DNA from: a virus
Lineage: Duplodnaviria > Caudoviricetes
Reading direction: 5' to 3' (one strand)
IMG/VR virus record: IMGVR_UViG_3300037044_000207
Location: 1-38,614 of that record
Length of the DNA stretch: 38,614 nucleotides
A program made the position numbers and the translations under genes. Positions 9,072-18,273 of the stretch are shown one piece after another; the first letter of the stretch is position 1, and each line of letters begins with the position of its first letter. The notes beneath the pieces are model-generated. The model saw only the letters and a program-made list of their open reading frames with translations, searched no databases and was not told the DNA's origin.

Positions 9072-9520
9072 TACATTACAAAAATGTCGTAAACTAATTC
9101 GTACCGCTTTGTGGGCAGTTTGTGTTTATCCAAAAAAGCCCTTATCGCCGCTTCTTGAGGCGGCAAGTTGTTGGGTAGATGGACCGTAAAGTCGCTGCTC
9201 GCCCCCGATATAAAAACCGGAAGGTGAAGCGGCTGATTCTCGCTCTCCAGGAATATGAATAATTGCGATCCACTCACCGAGGCGGTAATATTGATTGCCT
9301 GCGGTATAGGATCAAAAATTCTATTTAGGTGAAATTCCAAGGATCGCACCTGTCCTGTAACCCTTAGATCATATCGGGTTTTGGCTGTGAACATCACAAA
9401 CGTCTCGTTCAACTTGCGGACACCAACTAGCAGCGCATTCAAAAAATGCAACATTGCGACCTTTCGGACCGCTGCCGGCAAAAGCCAGTTGATGAGAATA
9501 TTGATATCGAGCGCGTACAT
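9071..9520 (-). CDS. Baseplate wedge subunit (Mu gp48 / P2 I-like position)
   Basis: Synteny after J-like gene; TGQVRSLEFHLNRIFD and DFTVHLP motifs; coupled stop/start. Confidence 0.65.
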   Translation of the reverse strand: MYALDINILINWLLPAAVRKVAMLHFLNALLVGVRKLNETFVMFTAKTRYDLRVTGQVRSLEFHLNRIFDPIPQAINITASVSGSQLFIFLESENQPLHLPVFISGASSDFTVHLPNNLPPQEAAIRAFLDKHKLPTKRYELVYDIFVM

Positions 9521-10356
9521 TAGTCAGCGATGAAATTTAGCACCAGGTCGGTGGAGGGGTCGTAAAATTTGAGAAAGCCACTGAAGGGCTGGTAAAAAAC
9601 ATCTACCCCACCAAAGCTCGGGTCATCGTCGCGCCTGGCCTGACAAAGCCGGATCTCGGGCACATTGACGCCCTCTACTGCCTGCATCGCATCCACGAGC
9701 CTTGCTTTCACAAACTCGCCATCAAAAGGCAAGGCGCGCAGGTAAGCCTTTGCAGCATCCTGGACAGGAGTGGCCGATGCGCCGTCGAGCCGCTCGCCGG
9801 TCGCGCTGAGTATGGTCGGATCGTAGTACACATCAACCTCGATGCGCAGCCGATCAGCGTTCACGCTGCGGACGTTTAGTACAACCCCAGCGTCTTTGAT
9901 TTCTCCAAAGTAGGCGTTCACCGCAGCGGCCTCGCCGACCGATAGCGGAGCGAGTTCGCCGCTCGTTTCTTTGGCCACCTTCACCGTCAGTAAGCCGTCA
10001 GGGGTTTCCGTAACGGCTGCCTGTTTTACGATCTTTTGCGCCTCGATGTCGTCAGGATCAAGGCCGGTGTTATCGTAGTAGTCTTCTCCAGCCACAAGCG
10101 CAGCCCCGTGCTGATAGGCAAGAGCTTTGTTTCTATACCACCTCAGGGTGTGGGGTTTTAAGTCAGCTGCGATTTCGGCCACTTCGGCCTTAAATAAGTC
10201 CCAAAGGGACTCATGCGCCCAAATTGCAGACGCTATGACGTATGTCCAAAGCCGCCAAATGGCCGTTGCACTCGTGCTCGTCAAGCCGCCTAGCGTTGTA
10301 TCGGCTTGTACGGTTGCGATGATTTCCGCTTGTATATCTGCAATTGTCCTTGCCAT
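9520..10356 (-). CDS. Baseplate J-like wedge protein
   Basis: MARTIADIQ, STSATAIWRLW, PHTLRWY, IKDAGV and LVDAMQAVEGV motifs of Bacteroidota myophage baseplates. Confidence 0.75.
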   Translation of the reverse strand: MARTIADIQAEIIATVQADTTLGGLTSTSATAIWRLWTYVIASAIWAHESLWDLFKAEVAEIAADLKPHTLRWYRNKALAYQHGAALVAGEDYYDNTGLDPDDIEAQKIVKQAAVTETPDGLLTVKVAKETSGELAPLSVGEAAAVNAYFGEIKDAGVVLNVRSVNADRLRIEVDVYYDPTILSATGERLDGASATPVQDAAKAYLRALPFDGEFVKARLVDAMQAVEGVNVPEIRLCQARRDDDPSFGGVDVFYQPFSGFLKFYDPSTDLVLNFIAD

Positions 10357-10634
10357 TACTGTACGATAAAGTCTTGTTCAATGATCCACCAACCAATCCC
10401 GTCCCCGTAAGGGACAATCTGACCGGCTGCGGGCGAGTAGCGTCCGTTTTTGAAAAAAGCCACCGTGCGTTTGTCGCTTGGGTTTGGCAATGCCAACACC
10501 TGCCCAGGATTCAATAATGCTGTCATAGGCAGGCCATTTAACGAAGCCAGCTCAGACCAAGCCGACAGGCCTCCGCAATGCTCTATTGCAATATCGGCTA
10601 AGGTTTGCCCTGGCTTAACGGTCGCTTTACTCAT
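10356..10634 (-). CDS. LysM / tail X-like baseplate protein
   Basis: VKPGQTLADIAIEHCG...LASLNGL...LNPGQVL; ATG at 10634. Confidence 0.8.
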   Translation of the reverse strand: MSKATVKPGQTLADIAIEHCGGLSAWSELASLNGLPMTALLNPGQVLALPNPSDKRTVAFFKNGRYSPAAGQIVPYGDGIGWWIIEQDFIVQ

Positions 10635-10914
10635 AGTAGGCTTCAATTTGAAGTTTTTCAGCCTTGCCCTGGACGGACAAAACCCTCATGCCATCCACCT
10701 CAAACTGTCGCTTTATTTCGGCATTAAAATCTCCAAAATTCACATCGTCGTTCAACCAGGACTGCGCGCCAACCCCACGCGTTGGGAATTCCCTGAACTC
10801 GCCTTTTTCACTCAAAATCAGCAGGGCCTGGTGTTGTTGAGTACTTTCTCCAGCAACAAAATCGCCAGTTGCGATCTTGATATCATAGTCCGTGTCAAGT
10901 AGGAGGTCGGTCAT
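10627..10914 (-). CDS. gp25/gpW/Mu gp46-like sheath initiator
   Basis: MTDLLLD...GDFVAGES..QHQ..L....KGEFREFPTRGVG; synteny. Confidence 0.7.
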   Translation of the reverse strand: MTDLLLDTDYDIKIATGDFVAGESTQQHQALLILSEKGEFREFPTRGVGAQSWLNDDVNFGDFNAEIKRQFEVDGMRVLSVQGKAEKLQIEAYYE

Positions 10915-11468
10915 TTTAAAATCTGGTCAATCTGTATTTTGATTGCGTCAAATGCCGCGAAATTGATTGGTGGAGTGCTGGGTGCTCCTGGTGCCGCGCA
11001 AGTCACCGTTATCAGTTTTATTTGCTCGATCAGCAATCCAATTTGAGTTTTCAGATTGATGGCATTTCGTTCGATCAGCACCCCATCGTTTTCAACGGAA
11101 ACAACAGTCAGCCCGCGCTGTGCTGTAATCTTTCCCGCATCAACAAACCAAGTACTTTGCCCGGTTTTGAATGCGGCTTTGGTTATTTCGCTAGCGACCA
11201 GCACCGCATATTCACCAGGACTGTTGCCAATGTTTCCGATCAAAACCCAGCTTCCTACAGCTGGAACCAATACAAATCCATCGTCTGATCCATCTACCGT
11301 TGCTCTCAGCCTTACATCGAATATTTCCAACTCGTCGGAATCTTCCACATCGCAGGTCAGGACGGATTCATTAACCGATTTGACCTGCGCCGGGAAAATC
11401 GTCACTGTTTGGCGATTCTGCACGAATCGGTGCAGCGAGCTTTGAAATTCTTCCTTTGGGTCGCTCAT
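10911..11468 (-). CDS. Baseplate spike (gpV/Mu gp45-like)
   Basis: OB-fold-like AQVKSVN...DVRL...VPAVGSWVLIG; follows the hub gene. Confidence 0.7.
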   Translation of the reverse strand: MSDPKEEFQSSLHRFVQNRQTVTIFPAQVKSVNESVLTCDVEDSDELEIFDVRLRATVDGSDDGFVLVPAVGSWVLIGNIGNSPGEYAVLVASEITKAAFKTGQSTWFVDAGKITAQRGLTVVSVENDGVLIERNAINLKTQIGLLIEQIKLITVTCAAPGAPSTPPINFAAFDAIKIQIDQILK

Positions 11469-12451
11469 ACTTTTACTTTTATCCCCAGTTCGATTTTGCG
11501 TCGGGCGCCATTCGTGCCGTAGGTCGTGGTCACTTTGTCTATCAAGTAATCGCCCGCACGTTCGCCAAACTGCTTGTCGCTTATTCTGGCCACGTTGCCC
11601 ACCTGGGCATACGGAAGCAAGAATGTGGTCAATCCTCCCTCGTACCCGGTGAACTTGTATTTGGCCGCTTCGGCCAAGGCCATTTTTCCCAAATCTGAGG
11701 CTTTGTCCAGGTCGTAGAAATAGATTGTACGCAGTTCACCATCTTCGTCCCCGTAGGTTTTTTCGATTTTGGTGTTGTTTTTCAGGATATGGACAGCTTT
11801 GACTTTGATCCTGGTGTCCACTGCATTGACCCACTCCAGGTCATTTTCAATCACATTTTCGCCCAGCCCGTATTTCACCACCACTTTGTCCGTGAAGCTG
11901 GTCAATCCAACATGAAGTTTGTTGAAATTGGCCATGTACAGCGTAAGCCCGTAACGTTCCTTAAGTTCCTGCAATGCCGATGCCGCTGTCACATTTCTAA
12001 GAGTATAGGTTTTAAAACGGATGTCAGGTATCTCCCCCCGCAATTCGACTTTTGTACCAGATAGTATTTCCTCCAGAAGGTCAGCCAAATCCAGGTTCTT
12101 AAAACTGCCTTTGCAATTCTTTCGCCGAAGTAGCCAAACCGCATCTATACACTCAATTTCAAGCGGCGTTCCCGGCTTTATTCGGCTAATGAATCCATAA
12201 AACTCTTCCTTCAAATCCCCATCATAACCCAAATTAATTGCAATTTCGTCGCCCACCTCAAATTGCTTTGCCGTCTCAACTTCTGTTATATATTCAGCCT
12301 CGCGCACCATTCTTGCCGTGGCTGGGATAGTAATAGTCGCTGTATTTTCGAGCACTTTTGCAGATGACTCTATTTTGACAGCATTTACTCGAGTGAACTT
12401 TACGTTACCCTTTTTTGTCAAAACTTGTATGTCAGCGTTTAGGACGTACAT
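11465..12451 (-). CDS. Baseplate hub (gpD/Mu gp44-like late control protein)
   Basis: GDEIAINLGYDG...FYGFI...IECID; YEGGLTTF; GDYLIDKVTTTYGTNGARRKIELG. Confidence 0.8.
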   Translation of the reverse strand: MYVLNADIQVLTKKGNVKFTRVNAVKIESSAKVLENTATITIPATARMVREAEYITEVETAKQFEVGDEIAINLGYDGDLKEEFYGFISRIKPGTPLEIECIDAVWLLRRKNCKGSFKNLDLADLLEEILSGTKVELRGEIPDIRFKTYTLRNVTAASALQELKERYGLTLYMANFNKLHVGLTSFTDKVVVKYGLGENVIENDLEWVNAVDTRIKVKAVHILKNNTKIEKTYGDEDGELRTIYFYDLDKASDLGKMALAEAAKYKFTGYEGGLTTFLLPYAQVGNVARISDKQFGERAGDYLIDKVTTTYGTNGARRKIELGIKVKV

Positions 12452-13059
12452 CAGAGTTCAAGTAAAAAGTCCTCGTCAGAGATACAGGTGAACTGATATG
12501 CCTGGGCGTGTTGGATCCCGATCATTTCGGGCAGCTCAAAGCTGGTGATCACCAGCCTGTAAATGCCCAGTAGGTTGGTCAAAGCGCACATCACATCAAG
12601 GGACTCATTGGTCTCATACAAATCTCTCAAGGCTTTTACCTGGTCTTCCGGGTACACCAGTTTGCTTTGGAAATTCAGCGCGATGCCACGTATGGTCACC
12701 TGCCAGTCCTCAATAGAAATCAACTCTTTTACGGTTCCTCTCCGGGTGCTTCCTGCCAGCGGCGTCTCCACGATGTTCTTGCGGCTCGATATTGAAATAC
12801 TTGGCTCGTTGGGAAGGATCAGCCCGCCCAGACGCATCGGCATAAACAGCGTACGACCATCAGGAAGCGTGGTGTTGAGGCTATTGCGCACCTGGACGAA
12901 CTCCGTCCCTTCATCATCGCTGGAAATTGGCAAACCCTCGAAATCGAGTTCCTGCCGAAAATCAGTGTCGTTTGCCCGGGTGCCATCAAACGGCTTGCCT
13001 CTTCCAAAGCCGAAAGCCTGGTTAAAAAGAGTGCCTATGTCGAATGTACCGAATGCCAT
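12451..13059 (-). CDS. Tail tube initiator-like protein (DUF6046-like)
   Basis: KNIVETPLAG..RGTVKELISIEDWQVTIRG; position after the tape measure gene. Confidence 0.7.
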   Translation of the reverse strand: MAFGTFDIGTLFNQAFGFGRGKPFDGTRANDTDFRQELDFEGLPISSDDEGTEFVQVRNSLNTTLPDGRTLFMPMRLGGLILPNEPSISISSRKNIVETPLAGSTRRGTVKELISIEDWQVTIRGIALNFQSKLVYPEDQVKALRDLYETNESLDVMCALTNLLGIYRLVITSFELPEMIGIQHAQAYQFTCISDEDFLLEL

Positions 13060-14810
13060 TATTTGCCTTGTTGCTGGTTTCCTGAATTGATGACCTGAAG
13101 CATGAGCTTCATCAACATGGCTTCCACCTCTGTTGAACCTTCCTTCAGGTTGGTGGTGTGGATCGTGATACCTCCCTCATTAAGTTTGCCGACGTTGATA
13201 GTCACATTACGCTGGCCACCGCCAGTAATGCCATCGGCTATCTTGGAAGCCTTTTTTTCGCCATTGGTAGCAGATGGGCTACCGGGTTGGCCAAATTTGG
13301 TATTGGCCAATGCGCCTCCAGGTGTATTCGAGGATGCTGCCAGTTTATCACCACTATTGTCTTGATTGAAATTGGCTACGCCCTTGTTCCATCCATCTGT
13401 AAATGATTGTCCGATGCGGTCGCTGATGGATGGCCCAGAAATGTTTTTATTGATTGCGCGTATACCTTCATTGATGCCCTCACGCATCATGGTCAAGTCA
13501 CGCGAGAAAAATCCGATTATAGCTTTAGAGAAGCCTTCAAGTGGTGCAATCATGTAATCATATATGATTGCACCTGTTTCTTTAATTACAGCCCACATTC
13601 CAAACAAAAAGCCACGAAATCCCTCAAAATGATTCCAAGCATGTCTTACCGCAATCACTAGTGTAGCAAGGATACCCACAACCCACATTATAGGATTAGC
13701 CCAAAATGCTGCATTAAGAGCCGAAACAGCACCCGTAAGACCGCCAGTTACGAGAGCTGAGATTTTGGAAATCAAGATTGCCCGACCTAGCGACCCAGCA
13801 AACAAAAGCTGGCTAGCCGCCGCAGATTTGGTAGCCATGGTCCATAGCCCCTGCCATAAAACAGCGGTTTTAGTTAAACCAATCCAGATTCCGACAATTT
13901 TCGCCAAAGCGACGATTGTTTGTATATTTTGGCCAACCAAACCTACCATAGGCACAAACACGTCATTAATCAGCGCGGTAGCGGTAGGCATCAGCTCAGT
14001 TCCAATCAGTTCTTTGAGGGTAAGGATTGAGTTCCCAAACTTGTCGAATTGCGCACGGGGCGTGTTCATGGCAGCTTCCAGACCAGGACCAAAGGTCCGT
14101 TCAAGTTCTGCCGCAAATTTGGGTAGGAAGTCCTCGGAGACAAGTTTGCCTTGCTCCATCATCTTGTCCAGTTCTCTGGTGCTCACGCCCATCGCTCTGG
14201 CGGCAATGGCGAAGGCACCAGGTAAGCGCTCACCCAATTGGCCGCGCAGCTCCTCGGCCTGCACCTTTCCCTTGCTGGCCATCTGGCCCAGCGCAAGGAT
14301 GGCCCCGGTGGTGTTGTCAGCACTTAGCCCCATAACCCTCGAAGCGACTGCCACGGAGTCGAATATGTCACGCTGCTGAAGGGCGGTGATATTCGTGCCC
14401 ATCATAGAGCCTGAAAGGATTTTATGTCCTTCTTTGGCTGCCATCAGCGGCGTGTTCAACCGAGCAGCAGTCGCCTCCACGTGCGCAAGATTTGCCGCGC
14501 CCTCTGCGCCACCAGCAAACTTTATGGCAGTATCTAGGCTAGAAATGTTCGCAGTAGTGTTCAGTGCACCGAGTGTAGCAGCGGCTATGCCAAGCCCCGC
14601 CAACCAGCCGCTAACCGATGTTTTCATACTATCAAAAGCAGCCTTTCCTCGTTGCCCCATAGTGGTCAGCTTTGTTCCAAGCACATCAACTTTTCCACCA
14701 GAGGCGCGCACCTTTTCTTCAAACTGGGTAGTAAGCGCAATTATCTTGTTCAAGGCAGATTGGCCCTGAACAGAGACGTTTATCATATATGTAAACCCGG
14801 TAGATGCCAT
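13059..14810 (-). CDS. Tape measure protein
   Basis: ALGQMASKGKVQAEELRGQLGERLPGA tape-measure domain; hydrophobic LNAAFWANPI repeats. Confidence 0.93.
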   Translation of the reverse strand: MASTGFTYMINVSVQGQSALNKIIALTTQFEEKVRASGGKVDVLGTKLTTMGQRGKAAFDSMKTSVSGWLAGLGIAAATLGALNTTANISSLDTAIKFAGGAEGAANLAHVEATAARLNTPLMAAKEGHKILSGSMMGTNITALQQRDIFDSVAVASRVMGLSADNTTGAILALGQMASKGKVQAEELRGQLGERLPGAFAIAARAMGVSTRELDKMMEQGKLVSEDFLPKFAAELERTFGPGLEAAMNTPRAQFDKFGNSILTLKELIGTELMPTATALINDVFVPMVGLVGQNIQTIVALAKIVGIWIGLTKTAVLWQGLWTMATKSAAASQLLFAGSLGRAILISKISALVTGGLTGAVSALNAAFWANPIMWVVGILATLVIAVRHAWNHFEGFRGFLFGMWAVIKETGAIIYDYMIAPLEGFSKAIIGFFSRDLTMMREGINEGIRAINKNISGPSISDRIGQSFTDGWNKGVANFNQDNSGDKLAASSNTPGGALANTKFGQPGSPSATNGEKKASKIADGITGGGQRNVTINVGKLNEGGITIHTTNLKEGSTEVEAMLMKLMLQVINSGNQQQGK

Positions 14811-14983
14811 TATTTGCCAGATTCTGCTTTACGAATGTGCGCTAGTTGTGCTAATTTCAATGCCCAAATTTCATCGGACAATGATTCAGGGTCGGGTATG
14901 TGGAGGTAGTATTGAAGCATTGAGTTTGAATACTCCACAAAGTTTGATTCGGGGGCACCATCTGCGCCCCCGATTAGTTTCCC
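14810..14983 (-). CDS. Tail assembly chaperone frameshift extension (gpGT-like)
   Basis: The -1 frame from G GGA AAC is open to TAA at 14810 (KLIGGADGAPESNFVEYSNSMLQYYLHIPDPESLSDEIWALKLAQLAHIRKAESGK); its stop overlaps the tape measure ATG. Confidence 0.8.
   Translation of the reverse strand, partial: GKLIGGADGAPESNFVEYSNSMLQYYLHIPDPESLSDEIWALKLAQLAHIRKAESGK
14949..14983 (-). promoter_or_regulatory. Programmed -1 ribosomal frameshift signal
   Basis: Slippery GGGAAAC (14977-14983) followed by 10-bp hairpin TCGGGGGCGC-AGATG-GTGCCCCCGA (14949-14973). Confidence 0.8.
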
Positions 14984-15486
14984 AATTTCTCGCCCGTGTA
15001 TTCGATGAAATCCTGTGCCACATCTGAAAAGCCAAGCAAGTGGCCTGGACTGCTTTTGATTGAATCACCTTCAGTATGGCATGAGCTTAGAATATGCAGG
15101 AGGTAGTTCAGCGGATTTTGGGCTGCCTTGGCCTGTGCTTGGCCATAAATAGTTCGCGTAGCTGGCTTTAGCGTGATGGTTTTACCATCCTCAAACTCAA
15201 CCAATGCTTCATCTGCTACCCAAACAAGCGTACAGGGTACTTTTCCAAAAATCTCATCAATAACCTGATTGATTTGCGCCAAATAACCAAGATTGTCAGC
15301 AATCTTTTTATCTCCCTCAACCAAGCAGTTTGCGACGAGGACATCCGCAAACCCGTTTGGGTCTTTACGGGCCCTAGCCAGCGCATGTTTAAGATGGGTC
15401 TCATTGGGCTGGCTAAATTTTGCGTTTTTGCCATCATTGAAGATCACCGTGATGGTATTGTCGTTATTCCGTTTGACCGTTGCCAT
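14974..15486 (-). CDS. Tail assembly chaperone (gpG-like) with tandem duplicated domain
   Basis: Lies between tube and tape measure; ends at a slippery site; two FxDGK...P...CxxEGD units. Confidence 0.8.
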   Translation of the reverse strand: MATVKRNNDNTITVIFNDGKNAKFSQPNETHLKHALARARKDPNGFADVLVANCLVEGDKKIADNLGYLAQINQVIDEIFGKVPCTLVWVADEALVEFEDGKTITLKPATRTIYGQAQAKAAQNPLNYLLHILSSCHTEGDSIKSSPGHLLGFSDVAQDFIEYTGEKLGN

Positions 15487-15510
15487 GATTTAAAGATGAT
15501 TTTTAGTATA

Positions 15511-15547
15511 AAAAAGGACGCGGCGCATCGGCACCGCGCCCTTTTTA
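15511..15547. terminator. Probable intrinsic terminator between tube and chaperone genes
   Basis: AAAAAGGACGCGG...CCGCGCCCTTTTT hairpin flanked by A/T runs. Confidence 0.65.
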
Positions 15548-15567
15548 ATTAGTGTAAAGTGCTTTGT

Positions 15568-15987
15568 TTATGCGCCCTCTTTGATGTCGAGGGCCATGAA
15601 TTTGAGCGAGACCTCCATCATGAGATCGCCCTGGTTCATTCCTTTTTCGTACTCGGTGAACTCGCAGCCAAGGATGGTGTCAGTGGTGGAGGTTGCCCCA
15701 TCGCCATAAGTAACCACGATATCAAAGCTGATATCGGTGAGCTTATACTTCGGGTTCACAGTTTTCACTGCCGCCCGGAGGGCTTCGACTTCGCTTTGAA
15801 GCATCATCAATTCACCTTCGACCGACATATCGCCGCTCTGAATGCTCATCGGGTTGCGTCCGCGACCGCGCGCATATTCCTTTTCCACCTTTACGGTGTA
15901 CTTCACGCCCCGGAAGCCTTCAAGCGTTCGCCCCAGAATTATGACCGAGACGTCGGCGAATGCGTATTGTTTCGTGTTGAATGCCAT
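15568..15987 (-). CDS. Tail tube protein
   Basis: FNTKQYAFADV...GRGRNPMSIQSG...EGELMMLQSE; directly after sheath. Confidence 0.85.
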   Translation of the reverse strand: MAFNTKQYAFADVSVIILGRTLEGFRGVKYTVKVEKEYARGRGRNPMSIQSGDMSVEGELMMLQSEVEALRAAVKTVNPKYKLTDISFDIVVTYGDGATSTTDTILGCEFTEYEKGMNQGDLMMEVSLKFMALDIKEGA

Positions 15988-15990
15988 GTC

Positions 15991-17172
15991 TTAAGTCAAT
16001 GCTGGGTTAGAAAATCCAAGTTGTACCTCAATCTCTTTCGCGTATCCAACAGGGACGATACGCGCCTCGACACAAATTTTGTTCGTGCTGAGTACATTCT
16101 GGGTTGGGTCCACAAACGCCGTGAAACCACTGATTTCGCCAGCCATTGCCGTGTTTACCGCCCGTTCGATGAGCGACTGGTAATATTTTGCTTTCACGGC
16201 TGCGATGAAGCCGGTCGCCGGGTCAATCTCCACCTCGTCCAAGATCTCCTCGACGTAAGTGGCGTAAGCGATTCGGATGGCTTTATTGATGACCCGGACC
16301 CGGGCAAGGCTGCTGTAGTCGTCAGTGGCCGCCACGGCGGTCGGATCATCGCTGAAGTAGTACCCGGCTTTTCCGGTGTATTTGCGCAGCGTGATGAAAC
16401 CTTTGTCGTGGATGGCCGTGGCCGAACTTTCCACAGTCTCAAAAGCTGCGGCTCCGAGGAAAGCTGCTGTAATGGGCAAAGACAGGTCTTTCACCCGTCC
16501 AGGGTTGCGCATCACGGGCACCTTGGCCAGTCGGCCCAGGAGCAGCCCAATAGCGGCCCGGGCACCTGTTTCAGTGTCGCCGATCAGCACGCTCATGTTC
16601 TTTTTGGTCTGAGTCTTCAGGTCGGCTAGCGTCGAGGTGGTGCCCGTGTAGGCATAACCTTCGATTACGATGCTGACCGGGCGGAACGCCGCCTGCATGT
16701 CATCCGCAAGTGCCTGCCCTGTGGTCAGCGCGTTGATCACGTCCACATCCACCTGGTTGGCGGTGGTGTTGGGCGAGTAGCCTCCAGCAGGGTTGCGGCC
16801 AACTCCCAGGAGTTTGATGCGGCCCTGTGCGTCGTCGAGGAGTTTTTTTGCAAACGCCTGGGTCTTGTCCAGGATCGTTTGTGTGTTGGTGGCTTGGCTT
16901 ACGAGCATCACCCACAGTTCGGCGCCATCGCCAGCGGAGTCGTAAAACTCCTTGATCTGGCGGTGCACCTTCACCGAGTTGGTGGTGTCGTAGGCCGCGT
17001 CAATGCCCACAGCCTCAAAATCATCCAGGCCAAAGCCCTGTTTCGAGACACCAAGCGCAAGGCCGCTGGCTGCAATGCCGTTGAAGACAATGCCGACAAC
17101 GCCGTCCTCACCTGGAGCAATTAGCCCCAGGGCACCATTAGTGAGTTGTATGCTGATATTGGGCAGTGCCAT
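15991..17172 (-). CDS. Tail sheath protein (DUF2586-like)
   Basis: GLLLGRLA..PV.RNPGRVKD, GYYFSDD, RVINKAIR, DPTQNVLST and IVPVGYA sheath motifs. Confidence 0.88.
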   Translation of the reverse strand: MALPNISIQLTNGALGLIAPGEDGVVGIVFNGIAASGLALGVSKQGFGLDDFEAVGIDAAYDTTNSVKVHRQIKEFYDSAGDGAELWVMLVSQATNTQTILDKTQAFAKKLLDDAQGRIKLLGVGRNPAGGYSPNTTANQVDVDVINALTTGQALADDMQAAFRPVSIVIEGYAYTGTTSTLADLKTQTKKNMSVLIGDTETGARAAIGLLLGRLAKVPVMRNPGRVKDLSLPITAAFLGAAAFETVESSATAIHDKGFITLRKYTGKAGYYFSDDPTAVAATDDYSSLARVRVINKAIRIAYATYVEEILDEVEIDPATGFIAAVKAKYYQSLIERAVNTAMAGEISGFTAFVDPTQNVLSTNKICVEARIVPVGYAKEIEVQLGFSNPALT

Positions 17173-17221
17173 TTGTCAGTCCGTTGAGTAAGTGAAAAGT
17201 TCCGAGTGGAGGCGGTGCACT

Positions 17222-17662
17222 TTATTTGTGCTGTCCGCCTCCCGCACGAGCATTCGGAATAATCTTGTCGAGCAGGTATTTCAAGAAATTGAATACCGAA
17301 TCGTCCTTGGTGGTTGGAGTTATGCGGACTATCACCTCGACAAGCGCAAGAATCGCGGGAAGCAACAATGCCCAGTAATCCTTGATAAAGCCAAGCAGGC
17401 CGCCACTTTTCGCGGGTCCCGGATCGGGATCACCGACATCCATGGTTTGCTCTCCTTGCGAATAGGCCGTGGGCAAAGGTGGTGGCGTGGCTGGTTGAAC
17501 CACTTCAATTTCCGCTATGTGCGTTTGGGTTTGAAGTTGCTCCGTTCGCTCCTTTTGGAACGCCTGCAAATCATCGTCTGCGTTCTGGAATTGAGCGAAA
17601 ATAAAACCTGACAGCATGATAACCAATGCTAGCTTGGGCCAGAGTCCGAAATTGTTTTTCAT
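17222..17662 (-). CDS. Membrane protein with N-terminal signal/TM and C-terminal holin-like segment
   Basis: Hydrophobic N-terminus, Q/P-rich linker, then TM followed by ITPTTKDD motif. Confidence 0.55.
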   Translation of the reverse strand: MKNNFGLWPKLALVIMLSGFIFAQFQNADDDLQAFQKERTEQLQTQTHIAEIEVVQPATPPPLPTAYSQGEQTMDVGDPDPGPAKSGGLLGFIKDYWALLLPAILALVEVIVRITPTTKDDSVFNFLKYLLDKIIPNARAGGGQHK

Positions 17663-17725
17663 AGCGTTTGAATTGTACCAACCGCGACGGGTGGTAATTT
17701 TTGATATTGTTTTTGAAATAGGTCT

Positions 17726-18040
17726 TTACTTGCCCTTTTTTCCCTTAGGCTGGGGTTCCACTGCCGGAGCCGGATCGCCATCGCCGGGTACGGGGTCGCC
17801 CTTTTTTCCCTTAGGCTGGGGTTCCGCCGCCGGATCCGGATCGCCATCGCCGGGTACGGGGTCGCCCTTTTTTCCTTTAGGCTGGGGTTCCGCCGCCTTT
17901 CGATCAATTACTTGAATTTGCTTTTTGGTAGTATTCGCGTGTGCTTGCGCATGCGAGGCTTGCAGAAATGGCATGCCGTCTACCACGAAGATTCTGTCCA
18001 CGTCTGGGTGGCACTCGAAAACTGCATTGAAATTATCCAT
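17726..18040 (-). CDS. Hypothetical protein with Pro/Lys/Asp repeat tail
   Basis: VFECHPD...DGMPF...AQAHA N-terminus; in operon. Confidence 0.7.
   Translation of the reverse strand: MDNFNAVFECHPDVDRIFVVDGMPFLQASHAQAHANTTKKQIQVIDRKAAEPQPKGKKGDPVPGDGDPDPAAEPQPKGKKGDPVPGDGDPAPAVEPQPKGKKGK
17732..17897. repeat. 66-bp tandem repeat, about 2.5 copies
   Basis: GCCCTTTTTTCC units start at 17732, 17798 and 17864; encodes AAEPQPKGKKGDPVPGDGDPDP. Confidence 0.95.
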
Positions 18041-18272
18041 CGATTTGAACGAATTTTAGAATGAGAGAACTGGCGATACCGGCCAGGAATCCGATCACTG
18101 TCACCCAGATGCGAGACTCCACTTCTTGCTTGAGCAAGCGCATCTCCAGCTTTGTAATGGCTTCAGCATTGGCCCGGCCCTGAGCGACCTCCGTTTCAAG
18201 ACGATCTACTTTCTCTATCAGGAGAAGTAGCATCTCTCGCTCCGATAGATCGCTCAGTTTTTGCCGGGCCAT
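18033..18272 (-). CDS. Coiled-coil plus single C-terminal TM protein (holin candidate)
   Basis: ATG at 18272 (MARQKLS); heptad region then IWVTVIGFLAGIASSLIL. Confidence 0.55.
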   Translation of the reverse strand: MARQKLSDLSEREMLLLLIEKVDRLETEVAQGRANAEAITKLEMRLLKQEVESRIWVTVIGFLAGIASSLILKFVQIDG

Positions 18273-18273
18273 T

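Noticed and set aside
15559-16629. 356-aa plus-strand ORF (also 18826-19584)
   Set aside because: Antisense shadow of the tube/sheath and capsid genes caused by codon bias; no motifs.
17732-17897. Mini CRISPR array
   Set aside because: Units are wholly repeated with no unique spacers and encode an in-frame peptide repeat.
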